From a virus, in IMG/VR virus record IMGVR_UViG_3300045988_092570: a DNA stretch of 44,060 nucleotides; one strand, given 5' to 3'. Every line of letters begins with the position of its first letter. The stretch's first letter is position 1. Positions 8,230 through 17,404 of the stretch are shown here, one piece after another. The notes beneath the pieces are model-generated. The model saw only the letters and a list, made by a program, of their open reading frames with translations, was not told where the DNA came from and made no database searches. A program made the position numbers and the translations under genes.

Positions 8230-8364
8230 ATGAGCGATAAGAGCGGTTACGTCGGCAGAATCAAGAACGGCGGCACGCAGGTCGTGAAAGCGCCGAACCA
8301 GCAGACCGACGCGAAGAAGGGCGTTATTCATACCGGCTCCGATTTGAGAACCGGCAAGAAATAA
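8230..8364 (+). CDS. Small protein (44 aa), unknown function
   Basis: ATG 8230 with AAAGGAAAGGAGGAC upstream. Hand translation: MSDKSGYVGRIKNGGTQVVKAPNQQTDAKKGVIHTGSDLRTGKK. Too short for the ORF track. Confidence 0.5.
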   Translation: MSDKSGYVGRIKNGGTQVVKAPNQQTDAKKGVIHTGSDLRTGKK

Positions 8365-8391
8365 GGCAAGCGGAAGCGCTTTACATGATTA

Positions 8392-8447
8392 CCCCCGCAA
8401 GGGGGGCACCGCACGCGCAAGGCGGTGGCTATTCGCAGGGCGATAGC
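8392..8447 (+). promoter_or_regulatory. Structured leader of three consecutive hairpins upstream of the scaffold gene
   Basis: 8392-8405 is CCCCC-GCAA-GGGGG. 8407-8427 is a CACCGC/GCGGTG stem. 8428-8447 is a GCTAT/ATAGC stem. The first hairpin is a third copy of the motif that starts each 57-bp repeat unit. Confidence 0.5.
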
Positions 8448-8473
8448 GGGAACATGCCAGAGAGGAAGAGAAC

Positions 8474-9457
8474 ATGGGATTCACGGAAAAAGACGTCTTT
8501 GAAGCGATGGGCCTGACGGTGCCGCCTGACGAGGCAGGCACGCAGCAGGAGCCCACAGGCGCAAACGAGCCGGGCGCCGCTGCCCCGGCCGCAGAAGAGA
8601 CCAACGGCGCACCGGAGGGCGGCGATACCGGCACGACAGGCGGCGAGGGCGCAGAGGGCGCCGTAACCGCTCCCGAGGGCCAGGACGGCGCGGAAGGCGC
8701 AGAAGACAACAACGATGCGGAGGGCGCGAAGAAGGAGCAGACCCCCGACGAGCGCAGAGCTCATGCGGCGTCGCGCCGCAGAGCCGAGCAGCAGGCCGCG
8801 GTGGACGCGGCGCTCAAGGCGCAGAGCGAGAAGATGGCCGCGGAGTGGAAGGCTTTTTTTGAAAGTGCGGGGCTCAAGAACACGATCACGGGCGAGCCCA
8901 TCGCGACGAAGGAGCAGTTTGACGAATGGTCGAAGTCCTTCAAGCAGCAGAAGCTCGAAAGCGACCTCAAGGCCGGGAAGCTGACGCAGGAATCTCTCAA
9001 TGAGGCGATCAGCGAGAATCCTGTCGTCAAGCGGGCAGCGGAGATCGTGGCGGCGCATGAGCGCGAGCAGGCCGCGGCGGAGCAGGAGAAAATGCAGCGC
9101 GCCATCGACGAGCAGATCAAGAAGATCCACGCGCTCGAGCCCGAGGTGAACGGCGTGGAGGATCTTTTGAAGCTGCCGGAGAGCGAGGAATTCTACACGC
9201 GCGTGAAGAGCGGCATGTCGTTTTACGACGCCTACCTCATCTCGACGCACGAGCGGCGCGAGAAGGCGCTGGCCGAGGCGGCGAGAGCGCAGGCCTTGAC
9301 GGGTCAGAGGGGCAAGGACCACCTGACCGGCGCGGCGGCATCCCGCGGCGCGGGCGGCAAGGTCGTGACGAGCGAGGAGCTGGCGAGCTTCCGCATCTTC
9401 AATCCCACGGCGACGGACGAGGAGATCCGCACGTGGATCGAGAAGAACAGAAATTAA
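8474..9457 (+). CDS. Putative scaffolding protein
   Basis: 327 aa, located between portal and capsid. It has an acidic low-complexity N-terminus and a long coiled-coil-like E/K/A-rich body. Confidence 0.6.
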   Translation: MGFTEKDVFEAMGLTVPPDEAGTQQEPTGANEPGAAAPAAEETNGAPEGGDTGTTGGEGAEGAVTAPEGQDGAEGAEDNNDAEGAKKEQTPDERRAHAASRRRAEQQAAVDAALKAQSEKMAAEWKAFFESAGLKNTITGEPIATKEQFDEWSKSFKQQKLESDLKAGKLTQESLNEAISENPVVKRAAEIVAAHEREQAAAEQEKMQRAIDEQIKKIHALEPEVNGVEDLLKLPESEEFYTRVKSGMSFYDAYLISTHERREKALAEAARAQALTGQRGKDHLTGAAASRGAGGKVVTSEELASFRIFNPTATDEEIRTWIEKNRN

Positions 9458-9476
9458 CGAGACAAGGAGGAACGCA

Positions 9477-9887
9477 ATGTTTATTCCCATCAAATCGACG
9501 GACGGGGCAATGACCCCGTTTGAGTACATCGAAGCGGCGGCGGGCACGTATCAGGTCGGCCAGCTGCTCAACGTGACGGACGGCAAGCTGGCAGCGATCG
9601 CTGCCGACCAGGCGACCACGCCGCCCTATGTGTGCATGCAGAGCGGCACGGTGGCCGCGGGCGAGCTGCTGGCGGTGACGCGCGTGCAGGGCAAGTACAC
9701 CTTTGAAACCGAGCTCGCGGCGGCCGCAGCGGCCGTGAAGGTCGGCACCAAGATCCAGGTGGCGAGCGGCGGTCTCAAGGCAAAGTACGTCACGGGCGCA
9801 TCGGATGCGGCGGCGCCCGGCACGTTCGAGGTCGTGAGCCTTGAGGGTACGGCAGCGGGCAGCATGATCCGCGGCCGCTTTGTCTAA
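9477..9887 (+). CDS. Small head protein, possibly decoration or DUF2190-like
   Basis: 136-aa Ala/Gly/Val-rich ORF immediately upstream of the capsid gene, with GGAGGAAC upstream. Confidence 0.45.
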   Translation: MFIPIKSTDGAMTPFEYIEAAAGTYQVGQLLNVTDGKLAAIAADQATTPPYVCMQSGTVAAGELLAVTRVQGKYTFETELAAAAAAVKVGTKIQVASGGLKAKYVTGASDAAAPGTFEVVSLEGTAAGSMIRGRFV

Positions 9888-9918
9888 GGAAAACGGAAGA
9901 GAGGAGAGAAAGTAAGCA

Positions 9919-10917
9919 ATGAAAATCATTTTTTCGGAATCGAGCAACCTGAACAACAGCGTTTACGGCAACTGCCAGGCGCCGATCAAGATGTTCCTTG
10001 AAAAGCGCGGCGAGGAATTTGAGCAGAACAGCGTGCTGAAGAACCTGTTCCTGACGGGTTCTTCCAAGAACTACGGCGACGTGATGACCACGCTGACGGC
10101 CATGAGCGGCTTCGAGCCCGTGGGCGAGAACGGCGCTTATCCGCTGGACGGCATGCAGGAAGGCTACCAGAAGTTCCTCAAGTACCAGACGTGGAAGGAT
10201 TCTTTCAGCGTGTCAAAGGAGATGATCGAGGACGGCAAGCTGCTCGACATGCGCAAGCAACCTGCGGCCTTTATGACCTCTTACAAGCGCACGCGCGAGC
10301 TCTTCGGCGCGGCGCTGTACGGCGCGGCCATGATGGGCAACGGCAGCGTGACCTTCAAGGGCGTCAAGTTCGACCTGACGGGCGCGGACGGCAGCAACCT
10401 GTTCGCCAAGGAGCACGTGCCCAAGGTGAGCGGCGACAAGCAGTGCAACTGCTTCAAGGATGCGTTCAGCGTGGACACGCTGGGCAAGCTCGAGACCAAG
10501 ATGCACCTGTTCCGCGGCGACAACAACGAGATCCTTGACGTGGCCCCTGACACGATCCTCATCCCCGAGAACGCCGACCTCAAAAAGGCGGTATTCGCGG
10601 CCATCGGCGCGGACAAGGACCCCGTGAGCGCGAACAACGCCTTCAACTATCAGTACGGCCGTTGGAACGTCATCGTGTGGCCGTATCTGAATCACTACAT
10701 CACAAACGGCGTTTCCCCGTGGGTGCTGTTGGACAGCAAGTACAACGAGACCTACGGCGGCGCGGTGTGGAACGATCGCGTTCAGCTCGAGGTGCGCTCC
10801 ACCATCGACGAGAACACCGACGCGAACGTCTGGCGCGGCCGCAGCCGCTTCAACGCGTGCTTCAACGACTGGCGCTTTGCCGCCATCGGCGGTATCGCGG
10901 CGGGCAACTCGCTCTAA
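9919..10917 (+). CDS. Major capsid protein
   Basis: 332-aa ORF in the canonical position after scaffold and decoration genes, followed by a strong hairpin. Native codon usage. Confidence 0.7.
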   Translation: MKIIFSESSNLNNSVYGNCQAPIKMFLEKRGEEFEQNSVLKNLFLTGSSKNYGDVMTTLTAMSGFEPVGENGAYPLDGMQEGYQKFLKYQTWKDSFSVSKEMIEDGKLLDMRKQPAAFMTSYKRTRELFGAALYGAAMMGNGSVTFKGVKFDLTGADGSNLFAKEHVPKVSGDKQCNCFKDAFSVDTLGKLETKMHLFRGDNNEILDVAPDTILIPENADLKKAVFAAIGADKDPVSANNAFNYQYGRWNVIVWPYLNHYITNGVSPWVLLDSKYNETYGGAVWNDRVQLEVRSTIDENTDANVWRGRSRFNACFNDWRFAAIGGIAAGNSL

Positions 10918-10929
10918 GGCAATAACCCC

Positions 10930-10963
10930 AAGGCGGGCGTGGGACAAGACCCGCGCCCGCCTT
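10930..10963 (+). terminator. Hairpin or partial terminator after the capsid gene
   Basis: 10-bp stem AAGGCGGGCG/CGCCCGCCTT followed only by a short TTTA. Confidence 0.45.
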
Positions 10964-10992
10964 TATCCATCATTGAGAGAGGAGAGAAGAAC

Positions 10993-11370
10993 ATGACGCC
11001 GAGAAAAGCGATGCAGCATGCCGACACGGTGAAGCCGAACGCCTTCCCCGAAGAGGAAAAATTCGAATGGCTCAAGGCGCTTGAGGGCAGGATCGCAGCG
11101 GACGTGCTGCTGGCGACGCCGGAAGAGCTCGAGCAGATCATGGCGACCGGCTACCCGGACGGCATGGACGAGGAGCTGCTGGTGAAGGCCCCGCACGATG
11201 AGCTTTACGTGCTGTACCTCAAGGCGAAGATCGATGCGGAGAACGGTGAGTACAGCCGCTATGCCGATTCGAGCCAGCTCTATAACGAGGCCTACGGCAA
11301 CTTTGCCCGCTACTGGGGCAGGACGCATGAACCGGCGCAGGGCTACGAGAGGGGGTACGAGATCGTATGA
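10993..11370 (+). CDS. Putative head-tail connector or head completion protein
   Basis: 125 aa. Internal ATG with GAGAGGAGAGAAG upstream. Lies after the capsid gene and is coupled to the fibre gene. Confidence 0.5.
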   Translation: MTPRKAMQHADTVKPNAFPEEEKFEWLKALEGRIAADVLLATPEELEQIMATGYPDGMDEELLVKAPHDELYVLYLKAKIDAENGEYSRYADSSQLYNEAYGNFARYWGRTHEPAQGYERGYEIV

Positions 11371-13088
11371 GAGAGATCGAAGTGCGCGAGCTGCCGTATC
11401 TGCCGCTGGGCCATCAGGGAGAGAACGAGGCGCAGAGGATCGTCTGGCGCGGCCTTGCGGACAGTTGGGCGCGGCTGTACGGCGAGGGCGTCTTCGCGCT
11501 GACGGTGCTGCGTGAGGGTGACAGCGCGCCGTATCCCGCGAGCCTTAAGAGCGAGAACGGTGACGTGATCTGGACGCTGAGCAACGCCGACACTGCAAAG
11601 GCGGGCGAGGGCATGGCCGAGCTCACCTACACCGTGGGCGGCATGATCGCCAAGAGCCGGACGTGGCGCACGGTGGTCGAGCCGTCGCTGAGCGCAAACG
11701 GCACGACCAAGCCGCCTCCGGCCTATCAAAGCTGGGTAGATGAGGTTTTGCGGGCGGCGGCGGATGCGGAGACGGCGGTTTCCAAGATGCCATACGTCGA
11801 CGAGACCACGGGCAACTGGTTCAAGTGGGACGCCACGGCGGGCGCCTTTGCCGACACGGGCGTTGCCGCGACCGGACCGACCGGCCCCAAGGGGGAGACC
11901 GGCAGCGGCTTCAAGGTGCTGGGCTATTACGGCACGAAGGCTGCGCTCGACGCCGCGCAGAAAGCGACCGCAGCGGCAGGCGATGCCTACGGCGTGGGCA
12001 CGGCAGAGCCCTATGACATCTACATTTTCGACGGTATTACCGGCGAGTTCATCAACAACGGCCCCTTGCAGGGCGCAGACGGTGCCGCCGGTAAGGACGG
12101 CGTGACGTTCACGCCGAGTATGAGCGACGACGGCGACTTGTCGTGGACGAACGACGGCGGCAAGGCGAATCCGCAGACCGTGAACCTCAAGGGCCCGAAG
12201 GGCGACACAGGCGGCGGTCTTGGCGCATATCAGTTTTCCGTCAACGACGATGGCGACCTGATCCTGACATACGAGGGAGACCAACCGCCGCAGTACGCCA
12301 TCAACAATGACGGCGATCTGATTTTGACCACGGCGGACGGGGACACGATCAATCTCGGGCACGTCAAAGGTGGAAAGGGTGATACCGGCCCGCAAGGAAA
12401 ACAGGGCAAGGAGGGGCCTCAAGGCATCCAAGGTCCGCAAGGCATCCAGGGTAAGGACGGTCCGCAAGGGAAAAAGGGTGACACCGGTCCGCAAGGCATC
12501 CCCGGTCCGAAAGGAGAAAAGGGTGACCCTGGCATTGACGTAACCGGCGCACAGGTCGGGCAAATCGCCAAAATCACGGCGGTGGACACTGACGGCAAGC
12601 CGACAAAGTGGGAACCAGTGGATATGCCGACGGGCGGCGAATTGAGCTGGCACTTAGTAGCCGATTTAACAGTAGCCGAAGCGGTTACCGATGTGGTAAT
12701 CACTAAGGACGCAGAAGGAAATACCATTCTGCAATATAAACCCATTGCGGTTGGTATATGGGTTTACATACCGGCTGATGATACGCAAAGCAGTACTAAC
12801 GGTGGCCTCTGGTTTTGGCTAAATGGGCAGAACAGCACACCGTATAGATCAATTGTAGCCTTCAATAACTGGAAGACCAAAGAATGGCGTCGCGGCGTTT
12901 TTACATTCGGAACTGAGAAAGCTGCATTCACGGCATTCTCCGGAAGCTCCCCAGATATGATGCCGCTATGGCCTAATGAGTATGGCAGCATGTTCGACAA
13001 AATTACGTTGCATGTGCATCCAACCGGCGATCATATCCCGGCCGGATCAAAGATACGCGTGCTGGTTTTGGGCAAAAAACCAACTTAA
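11367..13088 (+). CDS. Tail fibre or receptor-binding protein with collagen-like repeats
   Basis: 573 aa with several G-X-Y runs, including 55 consecutive residues ([22 protein letters not shown]...). A BppU-like N-terminal region. The C-terminal about 150 aa lie in the lower-GC island. Confidence 0.8.
   Translation: MREIEVRELPYLPLGHQGENEAQRIVWRGLADSWARLYGEGVFALTVLREGDSAPYPASLKSENGDVIWTLSNADTAKAGEGMAELTYTVGGMIAKSRTWRTVVEPSLSANGTTKPPPAYQSWVDEVLRAAADAETAVSKMPYVDETTGNWFKWDATAGAFADTGVAATGPTGPKGETGSGFKVLGYYGTKAALDAAQKATAAAGDAYGVGTAEPYDIYIFDGITGEFINNGPLQGADGAAGKDGVTFTPSMSDDGDLSWTNDGGKANPQTVNLKGPKGDTGGGLGAYQFSVNDDGDLILTYEGDQPPQYAINNDGDLILTTADGDTINLGHVKGGKGDTGPQGKQGKEGPQGIQGPQGIQGKDGPQGKKGDTGPQGIPGPKGEKGDPGIDVTGAQVGQIAKITAVDTDGKPTKWEPVDMPTGGELSWHLVADLTVAEAVTDVVITKDAEGNTILQYKPIAVGIWVYIPADDTQSSTNGGLWFWLNGQNSTPYRSIVAFNNWKTKEWRRGVFTFGTEKAAFTAFSGSSPDMMPLWPNEYGSMFDKITLHVHPTGDHIPAGSKIRVLVLGKKPT
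12369..12533 (+). repeat. Collagen-like G-X-Y triplet repeat within the fibre gene
   Basis: 55 uninterrupted Gly-X-Y triplets read from the translation. Confidence 0.9.
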
Positions 13089-13178
13089 AGGGAGTGAACA
13101 CATGGCATTAAAAACAGTATACAAGGACGGCCTGCTCGTCGTGTTGAATGGGCGGACGCTGATGATGGAGGAGACGGC

Positions 13179-13364
13179 ATGAGAATTTGTGAAAACGGCA
13201 TCTACCGCGACATGACCGCTGAAGAGATCGCGGAGCTGGAAAAGCTGGCGGCAGAAGCGCCCACGCCCGAACCATCGCCAGAAGACCGCATTGCGGCGCT
13301 TGAGAAAGACAACGCTGAGCTACGCGACGCGCTGGATGCGCTGTTAAGCGGGGTGACGGCATGA
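13179..13364 (+). CDS. Small fibre-associated protein (61 aa)
   Basis: ORF coupled to its neighbours. Its acidic coiled-coil C-terminus (DRIAALEKDNAELRDALDALL) is typical of small ORFs that follow fibre genes. Confidence 0.6.
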   Translation: MRICENGIYRDMTAEEIAELEKLAAEAPTPEPSPEDRIAALEKDNAELRDALDALLSGVTA

Positions 13365-13525
13365 GTGAGCTGAGAGATCGCGTCGTCGCTTATAACAAGG
13401 AGGTCAAGGATGCACTACAGGCAGTTTACTCCGACCTTAATCAAGGGCAGAGAAAGAAACTGCTGCGTAACCCTGCCATCCGTGCAATGTTTGAGCGGTA
13501 TGGCGTAGAGATTGGAGGGAACTAA
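13361..13525 (+). CDS. Small protein (54 aa)
   Basis: ATGA overlap with the previous CDS, and its TAA stop directly abuts the next ATG. Hand translation: MSELRDRVVAYNKEVKDALQAVYSDLNQGQRKKLLRNPAIRAMFERYGVEIGGN. Confidence 0.55.
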   Translation: MSELRDRVVAYNKEVKDALQAVYSDLNQGQRKKLLRNPAIRAMFERYGVEIGGN

Positions 13526-14182
13526 ATGCCACAAATCAATCTTGGCAAAGTGCGGATGACCGATGCAGATTATGCGGTCAACGATCCGAACCATCTTGGG
13601 TACATTGCTAACCGCCCTTGTTTCTTTACGGGGAAAACCATCGAAGAAATTTTGATGGATGCGGTGTCTGTGGAAATTGGTGCCGAAAAAAACTACAGCG
13701 GAAAACCGATGAAAGCCGGAGAAACATACCGGTTGACCATTAAAGGTACTACTGTGGAACTCACTGCATTTACGGAGACAGTAGATGGTGTCACCGCTAC
13801 GATAATTGGCGACAGTTATGTGGATTTCGCAGCCTCTGAATCTGGCACCGGATCATTTGTGCCGAAATATGGGTATCTGCTCGGTGTAATGTCCGAAGGC
13901 GGCGAATCGCATCTTGGTCTGATCCCCACCGACGGCACCGGGGAAATGCTAAAAGCAGCCTTTGGGCTGACAGCGGAGGAACTGGCGGCAAAGAATGTCT
14001 CCGTGACGCTGACCCACCCTGTTCCAGAGGTGGTGAAGCTGGACAAGCGCCTGCTGCCAGATGATATTGGCGCATCTCCTATCAAAATCATTGATATTGG
14101 CAGTGGCTCGTTTGACCCAAATGGAATTGATTTCACGCAATACTCCCCTGGGGACGTCATCTTAGTTGTCGGAAATATGTGA
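13526..14182 (+). CDS. Hypothetical structural-module protein (218 aa)
   Basis: ORF in the lower-GC island, contiguous with the fibre genes. Confidence 0.65.
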   Translation: MPQINLGKVRMTDADYAVNDPNHLGYIANRPCFFTGKTIEEILMDAVSVEIGAEKNYSGKPMKAGETYRLTIKGTTVELTAFTETVDGVTATIIGDSYVDFAASESGTGSFVPKYGYLLGVMSEGGESHLGLIPTDGTGEMLKAAFGLTAEELAAKNVSVTLTHPVPEVVKLDKRLLPDDIGASPIKIIDIGSGSFDPNGIDFTQYSPGDVILVVGNM

Positions 14183-14191
14183 GGTGATCGT

Positions 14192-15499
14192 ATGATTACA
14201 AGAGGGTCGTTGCTGCTGGACGGTGTTTCTGTTGGCGAAGTGTTTGGCTATAAGGACGAACAAGGTAATCTCCGTTCCAGACAAGGCTTGGTGACTATCG
14301 CAGAGGACAAGACAGCGAAGTCAACAATGCTTGTTGCCGCAATCACAAGTACGCCTACTGGCTATGTTTTTGATAACACTAAGGTTACTGCCGGAGACCA
14401 ACACATTACCGGCACTGTAATTCCCGTATCTGTAACAGTTCATCTATCGGCGGTTCCCGGTGAGTTGACGGCAAATGCGTTACTGAGCGGAGAAATTGGT
14501 CATACGCAGGCGGACGACACAGGCATTTGGGGCTGCGATATACATTTAGATGCCGACAGCATTATATATGCGTGGGCGACGCTGCCTTTGGAATTCGGCT
14601 CGACCAACGCCAAAATGTCCATCGACAAAAAACCGGACAAGCCTGATCCGGGTCCAGACCCAAAACCTGATCCCGACCCAAAACCGGAGCCTGAGCCGGA
14701 TACACCGAGGGCGTATACAATAACCGTGGATTTTGAAGCCGAAGCAGAGGTAACTGGCAGCGGCGCGGTTAGTTATATGAACGTGCAATTATCCGGCCCG
14801 CCTGACTTGGCAAACGTAGAACTATATGTATATGACGGCGGCACATACCGTCAGCCATCCGACCCTATCAGCGTCAGCTCAGATGGCGTATTGCACGCAA
14901 GTGGCATCTATCCGGCGACGCAATTCCGCATTAAAGCAGGTACGGACGTCGCAAATAGTTCGCTGAGTGTAAATGTTTTAGAGTACAAAGCTGAGTGCTT
15001 GTCCGGTGATACTTTAATCACCCTTGCGGATAGGACGGAGAGGCGGTTGGACGAGCTGACCGGCACCGAAATGGTACTTGGCGGCGATATGTGCCCTGCC
15101 CGCATCCTGCGACTGGCGAGAGGAATATGGTCGCCAAGCCACACGCTGTATCATTTTGATGACGAGACTACCATCGACGAAATCCATGAGCACCGCTTTT
15201 ACAATGTCGATCAGGGCTTTTGGCAAAAGCTGAAAAACTGGCACATTGGAGATCATGCCAAGCGACTGGACGGCGGCACACCGGTGCTGGTGTCCGTGGA
15301 ACCGGTGGCAGAGCGAGCAGAGATGTTTGGTATCTGGGTGGAGCGCGGCTCCTATTGGGCGAACGGTCTGCTATCCGGTGATGCATCCGCAAACCGCCCC
15401 TTGCTGGCTGATGCCACTGTCGAGCAGGCGATCGATATGGCCGAGTCTCTGGTAGAAAAAGATTTGATGCGGATCTTGGTAGGAGGTGTACCGCTGTGA
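14192..15499 (+). CDS. Hint/BIL (intein-like) domain protein with a Pro/Asp/Lys linker
   Basis: 435 aa. Contains a PDKPDPGPDPKPDPDPKPEPEPD linker. The C-terminal domain starts with CLSGDTLITLADRTERRLDEL (intein block-A-like) and ends with SYWANGLLSGD. Confidence 0.7.
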   Translation: MITRGSLLLDGVSVGEVFGYKDEQGNLRSRQGLVTIAEDKTAKSTMLVAAITSTPTGYVFDNTKVTAGDQHITGTVIPVSVTVHLSAVPGELTANALLSGEIGHTQADDTGIWGCDIHLDADSIIYAWATLPLEFGSTNAKMSIDKKPDKPDPGPDPKPDPDPKPEPEPDTPRAYTITVDFEAEAEVTGSGAVSYMNVQLSGPPDLANVELYVYDGGTYRQPSDPISVSSDGVLHASGIYPATQFRIKAGTDVANSSLSVNVLEYKAECLSGDTLITLADRTERRLDELTGTEMVLGGDMCPARILRLARGIWSPSHTLYHFDDETTIDEIHEHRFYNVDQGFWQKLKNWHIGDHAKRLDGGTPVLVSVEPVAERAEMFGIWVERGSYWANGLLSGDASANRPLLADATVEQAIDMAESLVEKDLMRILVGGVPL

Positions 15500-16647
15500 A
15501 AAAGCTGATGCTGGTGAGTGATGAAAGCATTTTGGGCGGATGTGCCCGCAGTGGCGTCGCGGAGGTGGTGGATAGTCTGGGCAATGCCTTGACCGAGGAC
15601 TATGCCGTATCCGTTGTATGCCCGGACGGGAACGGTGTATGGGCGCGGATGGCTGCAAATCTAAGGCAGTTTTCCGATGGCGTGCGGGTTTGCCGTCTGT
15701 TCGGTGTGGACTACTATCTTTTACGCCACTGGCCGGATGGACTGGTCACGGTGACGGAAGCAGTTGCACCGGACGTGCTCCACAATTTCGCCGCGCCGGA
15801 ACTGTTAACGGCATTGCCAAAGCGCCCTCCCCGGTGCGTGTATACCATCGATCAGGCGAACTTTGCGCGAGGGCACGAGGACGCGCTTAGAAATTACGAT
15901 GCGGTGACAACGGTATCCAAGGCGTATGCTAAAGAGCTGCTGGAGGGTGATGATAAGCTGGCGCAGACGCTTGATAATATCAACTTCCGCGGTATTACAA
16001 ATGGGATTCTGGCTCCCGTCTTTGCACCGGAAAAAGGGTTGATGATCCCGGCAAAATACAGCGCCGAGGATTTTACCGGCAAAGCTATTTGCAAGGAGCG
16101 GCTATGCCGTACCTATGGAATTCCATCCGACAAGTGCATCTATCTGATGATGTGCCGTTTGGTACGGGACAAGGGCATTGATGGCGTGTTGGACGCGGTG
16201 CATACCATCCGAGACAGCGGTGGGCTTTTACTGCTTGTCGGCAAAGGCGAAAAGCAGTACGAGGCACAACTTGCGAAGCTGACGCGCGAGGATGGCGTGC
16301 TATGGGTGGATCGCTGGCCGTCTGCGGTGCAGGCGGTGCCGCTGCTGGCCGGGGCGGATTATTACCTATCTCCATCCGTTGCAGAACCGTGCGGACTCAT
16401 GCCGATAACCGCTTGCCGCTATGGTTGTATTCCAATCACAACGCTCAACGGTGGCTTGGCGGACAACATGGACGAGGAGATTGCCGTGCTGGTGCGCGAT
16501 AGTGTAGTGAGAGCGGTGTCGGAGGCTACGGCTTTGTATGCAAACCCAGATGCACTTGTAGCCAAGCGAGCGGCTTGTATGCAAAAAGACTTTAGTTGGG
16601 CAACACGCAAGGCAGAATATTTGGAGGTGTACCGTGGAGCAGTATAG
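15496..16647 (+). CDS. GT-B glycosyltransferase, glycogen/starch-synthase-like (GT5/GT4-like)
   Basis: GTG start in a GTGA overlap with the Hint gene, with AGGAGG 9 nt upstream. The C-terminal PSVAEPCGLMPITACRYGCIPITTLNGGLADN parallels GlgA PSRFEPCGL...YG..P.V..TGGLADTV. The N-terminal KTGGL box is degenerate (LGGCARSGVAEVV). Confidence 0.7.
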   Translation: MKKLMLVSDESILGGCARSGVAEVVDSLGNALTEDYAVSVVCPDGNGVWARMAANLRQFSDGVRVCRLFGVDYYLLRHWPDGLVTVTEAVAPDVLHNFAAPELLTALPKRPPRCVYTIDQANFARGHEDALRNYDAVTTVSKAYAKELLEGDDKLAQTLDNINFRGITNGILAPVFAPEKGLMIPAKYSAEDFTGKAICKERLCRTYGIPSDKCIYLMMCRLVRDKGIDGVLDAVHTIRDSGGLLLLVGKGEKQYEAQLAKLTREDGVLWVDRWPSAVQAVPLLAGADYYLSPSVAEPCGLMPITACRYGCIPITTLNGGLADNMDEEIAVLVRDSVVRAVSEATALYANPDALVAKRAACMQKDFSWATRKAEYLEVYRGAV

Positions 16648-17404
16648 AGACATGATCGAGGTTGCGCTGAAGAACTGGTGTGAAAATGCGCCGGAACATC
16701 TGCGCAAGCCGTTGGAGCTGGCCTTACTGAGCGGCGGACACCGCATCCGTCCTATCCTTACTTTGGCTTGGTGCGAGGCATCTGGAGGACGCGCGGAGGA
16801 TGCCCTGCCTATGGCGGTAGCCGTGGAGCTGGTACATACCATGTCCCTGATCCACGATGATCTCCCGTGCATGGATGGGGCGGTGGAGCGTAGAGGATTG
16901 CCTGCGTTGCACACTGCCTATGGTGAAGCCGTTGCGGTACTTACCGGAGACATCCTGCTGTCGGCGGCGTTTGGTGTAATCGCCGGGTCCGATCTTCCAC
17001 CGGAGCAAAAATCTCGTGCAGTCACCTATTTGTCCAATGCAGCAACAGCTATGGCAGAGGCGCAAGCATGGGAAGTGATTGGATACTCAGCAGAGCTGGA
17101 CGCTTTACTTCATATCCATGCTGGTAAGGCCGGGGCGCTGATGGAAGCTGCCTGTGTCCTTGGAGTCATAGCCGCTGGTGCCTCCGATAGCCAAGAAGAT
17201 GCGGCTGCGCGGTATGGCATGGGGCTTGGCGTGGCCTATCAGATCATGGATGATCTGCGGGACGGCGATGGAGTCTGCACTCTGCTGGAAGCGTGCGCCG
17301 CACGTGACTTAGCACGGGCGTATCTGGCAGACTGCACGGTGTCCGGTGACGATCATGCCCAGAGGATGCTTCGTAGCATTACGGAGGGGGTGGCGGCACT
17401 GTGA
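16634..17404 (+). CDS. Short-chain trans-polyprenyl diphosphate synthase (FPP/GGPP synthase-like)
   Basis: GGHRIRP motif, first Asp-rich motif HDDLPCMDGAVERRG, and second Asp-rich motif YQIMDDLRD. 14-nt overlap with the glycosyltransferase gene. Confidence 0.85.
   Translation: MEQYRDMIEVALKNWCENAPEHLRKPLELALLSGGHRIRPILTLAWCEASGGRAEDALPMAVAVELVHTMSLIHDDLPCMDGAVERRGLPALHTAYGEAVAVLTGDILLSAAFGVIAGSDLPPEQKSRAVTYLSNAATAMAEAQAWEVIGYSAELDALLHIHAGKAGALMEAACVLGVIAAGASDSQEDAAARYGMGLGVAYQIMDDLRDGDGVCTLLEACAARDLARAYLADCTVSGDDHAQRMLRSITEGVAAL

Noticed and set aside
13102-13182. A 26-aa ORF (MALKTVYKDGLLVVLNGRTLMMEETA) after the fibre gene.
   Set aside because: It has a plausible SD and is coupled to the next gene, but it is too short to support without comparative or proteomic evidence.
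14990-15499. A canonical intein splitting a host protein.
   Set aside because: The Hint-like domain lacks the terminal His-Asn plus Cys/Ser/Thr junction. Only about 45 residues follow it, and there is no recognisable extein continuity. It is better described as a BIL/Hint autoprocessing domain.
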